Shown here: piece after piece, positions 58,272 to 64,000 of the stretch
How the letters are laid out: every line of letters begins with the position of its first letter
Position numbering within the stretch: the first letter of the stretch is position 1
Origin: an uncultured Pseudomonadales bacterium
GTDB lineage: Bacteria; Pseudomonadota; Gammaproteobacteria; Pseudomonadales; UBA7434
Assembly (NCBI GenBank): GCA_943788835.1
Contig: CALSRU010000005.1
Coordinates: 213,343-277,342 of the forward strand
Reading direction: 5' to 3'
DNA length: 64,000 bases
Translations under genes and position numbers: made by a program
The notes under the pieces: model-generated
Database searches by the model: none
Seen by the model: the letters and a program-made list of their open reading frames with translations, nothing else
Told to the model about the DNA's origin: nothing

Positions 58272-59141
58272 ATGAATTTTGTACAACGACAAGCTTACTG
58301 CCATGAGCTCGGAATCGACGCCTGGGTTGCGCGCAGGCCCCTTGCCGGCGCGGCGAAAGGCCACATGGCAGTTGCTTTAGAAGCCGCTTCGGCAACCTAT
58401 CGGCCGGCGGTGCATGCAGGTATGACTGCAGACTCCCCATCAATTCATGCCACTGTGGGGCAGGTTGTAAAACCCAACAATAGCCGTGCGTTAATAGCTG
58501 AGCTAGACGGAGGCGATGCTGTTTTAGGTTCTGCCGATTCGGTAGTGGTCAAGCGTGCAGCGGTGGATTTGGCGACTGATAGACGTGTGGTGAGTGGCGC
58601 TGCACCGAATGCGACTATTGGTGCGCGTGCGGCAGGCTTTCATTTTGAAATTATGTGTCGTGTGCACGACCAATTGTTGGTGATTGATGACACTACTGGT
58701 TTAAAGTTCACGCCTAGCGCTTACAACGATTGGTTGCACAGTATGTTTTATGCGCTTGGCATAAACGACGGCCAGTTGCATGCTGCGGGCGTGAGCAAGG
58801 ACGATCGACTTATCTGGCCGCCTAGCACAGCGCTAGGCCAACCAGTGAGCGGGCCTGCTGCTCAGCAGGCCGCATCCGAAATGCTTCATGCCTGGTTGCA
58901 GCGCAAACTTCAGCAGGGTGGCAAGGTCTTGCAGCCTAAAAAAATCTTAGTCATGGGTACTGCGCCTAGTCGTTTACTGTTGCCTGAGGGGAGTTCCATT
59001 GTGGCAGGGCAATGGGCTACGTTGCGACAGTTTGGTGGACAGTCTGCATTGTTACTGCACGGCAGTAATCGTTTATGGAGTAAGCCACTTCTCAAGCGCG
59101 AGTTTTGGCAGCACCTGCAAAGCATTGAGAGCCCGCGCTAA
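58272..59141 (+). CDS. holD: candidate DNA polymerase III psi subunit, long pseudomonad-type form
   Basis: About 289 aa from the ATG at 58272. The N-terminus MNFVQRQAYCHELGIDAWVARRPL parallels E. coli psi (…RRDWQLQQLGITQWSLRRP…). It lies directly upstream of rimI, as holD does in E. coli. The middle is Ala-rich and not recognisable. Confidence 0.5.
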   Translation: MNFVQRQAYCHELGIDAWVARRPLAGAAKGHMAVALEAASATYRPAVHAGMTADSPSIHATVGQVVKPNNSRALIAELDGGDAVLGSADSVVVKRAAVDLATDRRVVSGAAPNATIGARAAGFHFEIMCRVHDQLLVIDDTTGLKFTPSAYNDWLHSMFYALGINDGQLHAAGVSKDDRLIWPPSTALGQPVSGPAAQQAASEMLHAWLQRKLQQGGKVLQPKKILVMGTAPSRLLLPEGSSIVAGQWATLRQFGGQSALLLHGSNRLWSKPLLKREFWQHLQSIESPR

Positions 59142-59202
59142 TGCTATGCTCGGCTGCGCGAATACGCCGATGCCTGATTAGCTTGGGCTGCAGAGCGGGC
59201 CT

Positions 59203-59700
59203 GTGATCGGCTCAGCCACAGTTCGGCCAGCAGTACAGGCAGACGTTTCGTGTTTTGAGCACTGGTTGAGTGCTGATGCTGAGAATTCTTGGCAAACCAA
59301 AGATTTTGTTCGCGCCATTGAAACTGATAATGACTCCTTGCTGGTTGTGTGTGCCAATTCTACGCGGCTGTCTGGTGTGGTGAGTCAGCGCAATCCGGCG
59401 AGCGTTGCTGGCTTTATCTTGACGCAGCGTGTTCTCGATGAAGTGACGATACTTTATTTGTCTATCGATCCTCGTTATCGACGACAGGGTTTAGCCAGGC
59501 AGCTAGTGCAAGCACTGCAGGTTGCGGTAGGTCGGCAAACTATTATGCTGGAGGTTCGTCAAAGTAATGAGCCGGCGCGCGCGTTATACCAGCAATGTGG
59601 CTTTATGCAGGTGGGAGAGCGAGTTAATTATTATCGTTCAGCCAAAAGCTCATCGGGGCGTGAAGCCGCGCTATTACTCAACTGGCAAGTGGGTGAGTAA
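59203..59700 (+). CDS. rimI: ribosomal-protein-alanine N-acetyltransferase (GNAT)
   Basis: 165 aa with a GTG start. The GNAT motif A is IDPRYRRQGLARQLV, and the sequence continues MLEVRQSNEPARALYQQCGF. Confidence 0.8.
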   Translation: MIGSATVRPAVQADVSCFEHWLSADAENSWQTKDFVRAIETDNDSLLVVCANSTRLSGVVSQRNPASVAGFILTQRVLDEVTILYLSIDPRYRRQGLARQLVQALQVAVGRQTIMLEVRQSNEPARALYQQCGFMQVGERVNYYRSAKSSSGREAALLLNWQVGE

Positions 59701-59848
59701 GGCAGCAACCATTTTGTACTAGGTTTTTTTGGTATGTTTGTTCGCCAGATTTGCTCGCCATAGTTTGTTGTTAGATTCTGTCGGCAAAGCTTGCTGATAC
59801 AGCGCAGCTGTTTTTTGGCTGTATATTAATTGATTGGGAGTATGCGTA

Positions 59849-60277
59849 ATGTCGATCGTCCACGCGCCGTGGTGGTGTATAGAAATGCCCGATGAGTGGC
59901 AGGCAGAAGAAGATGATGAAGATGAAGTCATCCTCATTATTGACCCCGATGATTTGGGCGAGCTGTGCATTACCGCCATTAAAAAGCAGGATGGCTTGAT
60001 TGATAAAGATGAGTTGCTTGAATTTGCAGCTGACTTGATTGAGCGGCGCCTGACCAGCACAGACGTTAGCATTGCCGGTTTGGCGGGTATTTATTTTGAG
60101 TATGAACAGGAAGGTGAGGCTTGGCGAGAGTGGTACCTGACCGACGGCTCAACGATGCTCTATGCAACGTACAATTGCGATAGTGAAAACGCACAAATTG
60201 ATGCCGCCGTTATCGATCAAATGCTTGAGAGTTTGGTCTTGGTCGACAATAGCGAAGCAGCTATAGAGGCTGAATAG
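59849..60277 (+). CDS. hypothetical acidic protein
   Basis: About 142 aa from the ATG at 59849 (GGGAG SD 8 nt upstream). It is very acidic and has no motif I recognise. The overlapping minus-strand ORF 59719-60072 is judged spurious. Confidence 0.5.
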   Translation: MSIVHAPWWCIEMPDEWQAEEDDEDEVILIIDPDDLGELCITAIKKQDGLIDKDELLEFAADLIERRLTSTDVSIAGLAGIYFEYEQEGEAWREWYLTDGSTMLYATYNCDSENAQIDAAVIDQMLESLVLVDNSEAAIEAE

Positions 60278-60298
60278 CGGATCGCATCAACAACGCGT

Positions 60299-61147
60299 TT
60301 ACTGTGCAGTCAGCGTGGTGTTGATCCAGGTACCGATGTCGCGCAGCTGCTCAAGATTAACCTGGTGTTCCATAGGGTATGTTTGCCACGTGACGCTGTA
60401 GCCTAGTTCGCGAAGTGCTTCAGCGCTGGCTTGACCCAGCGCCAATGGTACTACTTGATCGTGCTCACCGTGCGAGGCAAGTACTGCGATACGGGTGTTG
60501 ACACCACTATGCTCTTGTTTGGACGCTTGCGCAAAAGGCATATAGGTCGATAGTGCTAGCAACCCAGCCAGCTTTTGTGAGCTGCGAATGGCTGTGTAAT
60601 AAGCCACTGCGCCGCCTTGAGAAAAGCCGGCAATAATAATATTTTCACTGGGCACACCGAGTGAAATTTGCTGAGCGATGATGGCTTCGAGCATATGTCG
60701 TGATTCGGTCATGCCGGCTAGATCTTCTTTTTGATCGATACTCATCCCTTTAATGTCATACCAGCCGGGCATGGACATGCCGCCGTTTATGGTTATAGGG
60801 CGGTTGGGCGCTTGTGGAAATACAAATCGTATAGCCAGCTGCTCATTGAGTTTGAGCTCAGGAATTACCGGCGGAAAGTCGTTGGCGGTAGCACCAAGGC
60901 CATGCAGCCAAATAATGGCATGGTCGATGTTGGCATGTTGGGCTGGGTTGTAAATGACTTCTATTGATTCGTTAGACATAGCATCACTTGTTTGGTTGAG
61001 TAAATGGGTGTTTGTTTTTGCATGGCTTGACAAGGTACTTAGCGCATCTTCGTGTCGCCAAAGCGCCAAAAGAACTAGCAATACTATAACAATAAAGATG
61101 ATGCGCAATGCTAGTTGGGTTGAAAAATTGCTTGAGTTTGATGGCAT
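60299..61147 (-). CDS. carboxylesterase/phospholipase-family alpha/beta hydrolase with an N-terminal membrane anchor
   Basis: 282 aa with an N-terminal TM helix (LRIIFIVIVLLVLLAL). Motifs: WLHGLGA, the nucleophile elbow GFSQGG, and HGEHDQVVP … MEH. Confidence 0.8.
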   Translation of the reverse strand: MPSNSSNFSTQLALRIIFIVIVLLVLLALWRHEDALSTLSSHAKTNTHLLNQTSDAMSNESIEVIYNPAQHANIDHAIIWLHGLGATANDFPPVIPELKLNEQLAIRFVFPQAPNRPITINGGMSMPGWYDIKGMSIDQKEDLAGMTESRHMLEAIIAQQISLGVPSENIIIAGFSQGGAVAYYTAIRSSQKLAGLLALSTYMPFAQASKQEHSGVNTRIAVLASHGEHDQVVPLALGQASAEALRELGYSVTWQTYPMEHQVNLEQLRDIGTWINTTLTAQ

Positions 61148-61244
61148 TATGCGCGGTAGAGACTGTTTAAACGGTTAGTGGTAATACGCTTGAGCCTTTA
61201 CATTCAGTGTGCTTATTCAATGGCTTAATTAAAGGCGCTAAATC

Positions 61245-61703
61245 CTAGTATTCTTCGTCGACTTCGCGCGCCAAGTTTAGCGTACGAGTGGCGAGCCGAA
61301 TTTCTAACAAAAATAATATTAACGCAATGATCAAAAATAGCATGGTTACAATGAATAAGAGCGCCACAAGCATTGCTAACCCTAGATCGAAAATGTCATC
61401 AATAAATAGGGCGGTTATCAAGGTGCACACGGTCAATGCCGAGTAAGTACATAGCCCAATAGCTCGGTTCGTAATAAACGCGCGCTTCATTAATACATGG
61501 TGTTCTTGATGGGATTCAAGAGCAGTGGTTGGATCGGCAAGCTTGGCTAAACGGCGGCTGATGACTCGCTCCCGATCGATGATGCGACCCAGTCGGCCCG
61601 ACATTACTGCCAAAAAACCCGCGATGCCGGCCAATAGGAACACCGGTGCTACCGCAAGTTGAATGATAATGGCGATGTTGTTGGGCTCGCTAAACAAGGT
61701 CAT
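61245..61703 (-). CDS. DUF2721-like small membrane protein
   Basis: 152 aa with 3 TM helices. The pattern (N-terminal TM, RIIDRERV…, two C-terminal TM helices) resembles DUF2721. From memory only. Confidence 0.5.
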   Translation of the reverse strand: MTLFSEPNNIAIIIQLAVAPVFLLAGIAGFLAVMSGRLGRIIDRERVISRRLAKLADPTTALESHQEHHVLMKRAFITNRAIGLCTYSALTVCTLITALFIDDIFDLGLAMLVALLFIVTMLFLIIALILFLLEIRLATRTLNLAREVDEEY

Positions 61704-61778
61704 ACTCTGTAGCCTGCACTGATAGTTGGAATAGCAGTAAAATAGAAATGGGTATAACGGTTATCGATCTGGTGATGT

Positions 61779-62672
61779 TTGTTGTTTACGATTGTACAGC
61801 ACCTCGTATTGATGCTAGCAAAAAAACAATGGGCTTGTATATTGGATTCCTTATTTGAAATTAAAACCCTGCTTTTAGTTGCTTGCTTACTGTGTGGGTG
61901 GAGCTTTGAGTCATGGCGGCCGCTTCAGCATGGTGATGAGCGCGCTTTAAATTTGCGATTGCGCCACGCAGTCAATAATTTCATGATGGCTGTAGTGAGC
62001 ACCCTGGTTAGTAGGGGCTTGGCTTTAGTGACGCTGTTATACGCTTTGCAATGGTCGCAGCAGCAGGGTGTTGGGTTGTTGGCGGCGTTAGATTTGCCGG
62101 TGGCGTTTAATTGGTTGGCTGCCTTATTGTTAATTGATATCTGGCAGTATGGTTGGCATGTGATGAATCATCGCTGGCCTTTTTTGTGGCGCTTTCACGT
62201 GGTGCATCATGCTGATACAACGATGGATGTGACGACAGGTCTGCGTTTTCATTTTGTTGAAACCGCATTGTCTACGCTCATTCGCGTGCCTGTGTTTATT
62301 TTATTGGGTGTGCAAGTCGAGCATTTGCTCATGTACGAATTAGTGGTGTTGCCGGTGGTGTTGTTTCACCATAGTAATATTCGACTACCTAGATCGCTCG
62401 ATCGAGTGCTGCGCTGGGTCATTGTGACACCGAGCATGCATTGGGTGCATCACTCGAATATTCGCGCCGAAACCAATTCTAATTATTCGAGTTTGTTATC
62501 AGTATGGGATAGATTGTTTGGTAGCTATCGCATTAGAGATGATATTGCCGCGGTGCAACTGGGGGTGCTAGGCACTGAGTATACGTCGCTTTGGCGTATG
62601 TTGTGGTTGCCTTTGCGAAGCCAGCCTAGGCGAGCGGATGCCGCCCGTAGCCCTGCTGAAAAAAGCGGTTAA
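61779..62672 (+). CDS. fatty-acid hydroxylase / sterol desaturase-family membrane protein
   Basis: The histidine boxes HVMNHR, HVVHH and HWVHH are present. The start is uncertain (TTG at 61779 in the track, ATG at 61812 also possible). Confidence 0.75.
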   Translation: MLFTIVQHLVLMLAKKQWACILDSLFEIKTLLLVACLLCGWSFESWRPLQHGDERALNLRLRHAVNNFMMAVVSTLVSRGLALVTLLYALQWSQQQGVGLLAALDLPVAFNWLAALLLIDIWQYGWHVMNHRWPFLWRFHVVHHADTTMDVTTGLRFHFVETALSTLIRVPVFILLGVQVEHLLMYELVVLPVVLFHHSNIRLPRSLDRVLRWVIVTPSMHWVHHSNIRAETNSNYSSLLSVWDRLFGSYRIRDDIAAVQLGVLGTEYTSLWRMLWLPLRSQPRRADAARSPAEKSG

Positions 62673-62698
62673 GCTGCTGCCTCTCGCCGATGCTCGCC

Positions 62699-63379
62699 TC
62701 AGGTAATTGTGCCGGTAACACGCACACGTTTGGAGATTTTTTCGGCGGGAGCACTGCGCGCTAGCTGTATTTTCGCAATATGATTATCAATGATATTTTT
62801 CAGCGCGATTAGCAAGCCCGTTAAGATGAAAGCGCCCGGTGGCAGCACTGCGAGTAAAAATTGAGGGTAGTCTTTATTTAATACCCACTTCCATTCGGCA
62901 GCGCCGGTACCAAAAATTAAATCCATATTGGCAAATATTGCACCAGTGCCAATGAGTTCGCGAGCGGCTCCTAATAAAAACAATACCAGTGCAAATCCCA
63001 GTCCCATAATCAAGCCATCATAGGCCGCTGCAGGTAGGCTATTTTTGCATGCAAAGCCGTCGGCACGACCTAGGATGACGCAGTTGGTTGTGATGAGAGG
63101 TAAGAAAATTCCCAGTATTTCGTACATTTCAAAGGCATAGGCCTGCATCAGTAATTCAGTGCAGGTCACCGCTGCGGCAATAATCATGACAAAGGCGGGG
63201 AGGCGTATTTCGGCGGGTGTTACGTTGCGAATCATCGACACGCAGCTATTTGAGGCAAACAAAACAAAAATTGTGGCTAGCCCCAGACCTAACGAATTGA
63301 CGACTGAATTGGTTACGCCCAGCAGTGGACACAGCCCCAGCAGCTGCACCAGAGGCAGGATTATTCTTCCATAAGCCAT
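62699..63379 (-). CDS. rnfE: Rnf/Rsx electron-transport complex subunit E
   Basis: 226 aa, polytopic. The N-terminus [27 protein letters not shown] is typical of RnfE/RsxE. Confidence 0.92.
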   Translation of the reverse strand: MAYGRIILPLVQLLGLCPLLGVTNSVVNSLGLGLATIFVLFASNSCVSMIRNVTPAEIRLPAFVMIIAAAVTCTELLMQAYAFEMYEILGIFLPLITTNCVILGRADGFACKNSLPAAAYDGLIMGLGFALVLFLLGAARELIGTGAIFANMDLIFGTGAAEWKWVLNKDYPQFLLAVLPPGAFILTGLLIALKNIIDNHIAKIQLARSAPAEKISKRVRVTGTIT

Positions 63380-63465
63380 TCAGTGTAAGTTCGGAATAAT
63401 TAGCCATAATACATACCGGGTGTTGTTGGCAAGGCGAGCTGCCATTTTTGCTATTAAGTGGTTTG

Positions 63466-64000
63466 CTAATTTGATACTGTTTTTACTGCCGTATTGGATT
63501 GCAGATTATGTGCTTGTTCGATCAGACGTTTTAAATAGCCTGCACCGTTTTGCTGGTGGTGTTGTAAAGTTTGCGCCACTGATTTAGCTAGTGCGCGGGG
63601 CGTAATGGTTGCTCCAGTAAATCCATCGAATACACCACCATCTTTTTTAACCGACCATTGGTCGATCGAAGGCTGGCCTAGACTCTTGCCATTGAAGCTT
63701 TTAACCCAATTGGACTTGCGCACTTCTATGCCATCGCCAAGTCCCGGTGTTTCGCGGTGTTTAAGTACGCGCACCCCGGCAACCGTATTATCGGCTAGGT
63801 TGATGCCTACTATGTAGCGAATATCTCCACTGTAACCATCACGGGCAGTGGCCGGATAAATGAGAGCGATAGGCTTGCCGTCGTCACGTGCTAAAAATAA
63901 TGGTTGTGGTTCGCGGTGCCCCAGTGCGTTTTCAAAGATTTCGATGTTGTCTTGCAGCATGTCGTTGTTATGGCGATCAGTAGGGATGATTTCAATTAGT
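63466..64000 (-). CDS. rnfG: Rnf/Rsx complex subunit G, 5' end beyond the right edge of the window
   Basis: The FMN-binding domain has GYSGDIRYIVGI, ETPGLGD and FDGFTGATITPRA. The reading frame stays open from 63960 to position 64000, so the Met at 63960 is internal. Confidence 0.88.
   Translation of the reverse strand, partial: LIEIIPTDRHNNDMLQDNIEIFENALGHREPQPLFLARDDGKPIALIYPATARDGYSGDIRYIVGINLADNTVAGVRVLKHRETPGLGDGIEVRKSNWVKSFNGKSLGQPSIDQWSVKKDGGVFDGFTGATITPRALAKSVAQTLQHHQQNGAGYLKRLIEQAHNLQSNTAVKTVSN

Overview
This is a 64-kb chromosomal window from a gammaproteobacterium. The core genes and their order (proB, obg, rpmA, rplU, rpsT, moaB-moeA, fabB-fabA, ispB, lrp-like/leuA, holD-like-rimI, rnfG-rnfE) look Pseudomonadales/Cellvibrionales-like, but I cannot name the species from sequence alone. 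I saw no rRNA, tRNA, CRISPR array, transposase or integrase. About two thirds of the window (10.6-51.1 kb) is one exopolysaccharide region. It starts with sugar-nucleotide precursor genes (GMP/PMI, galU, PMM/PGM, pgi). A PEP-CTERM/exosortase-A type EPS locus follows: EpsB-type priming transferase, short OPX exporter, chain-length determinant, BY-kinase-like ATPase, FemAB-like protein, XrtA-EpsI fusion, O-antigen-ligase-like protein and Wzx flippase. The locus also holds about 7 glycosyltransferases, 3 acyltransferases, 3 CE4-type deacetylases, a CapK/F390-synthetase-like adenylating enzyme, a DegT-type aminotransferase and a secreted beta-helix protein. It is closed by the PrsK/PrsR/PrsT regulatory module. 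One candidate PEP-CTERM substrate gene lies about 13 kb upstream. Five points deserve a second look. (1) The FemAB-like protein carries an extra N-terminal ~165 aa that reads like the coiled-coil tRNA-binding arm of seryl-tRNA synthetase. (2) Seven frameshifts break four EPS genes, while all flanking housekeeping genes and the Prs regulators are intact. (3) The BY-kinase-like ATPase lacks the Walker-A lysine. (4) A G8 tract sits inside the beta-helix gene and a G9 tract sits in the 680-bp spacer next to it. (5) Ribosomal protein L21 is fused to a C-terminal helix-hairpin-helix module. All family assignments come from motif recognition by eye. No database search was run, and family names are quoted from memory.
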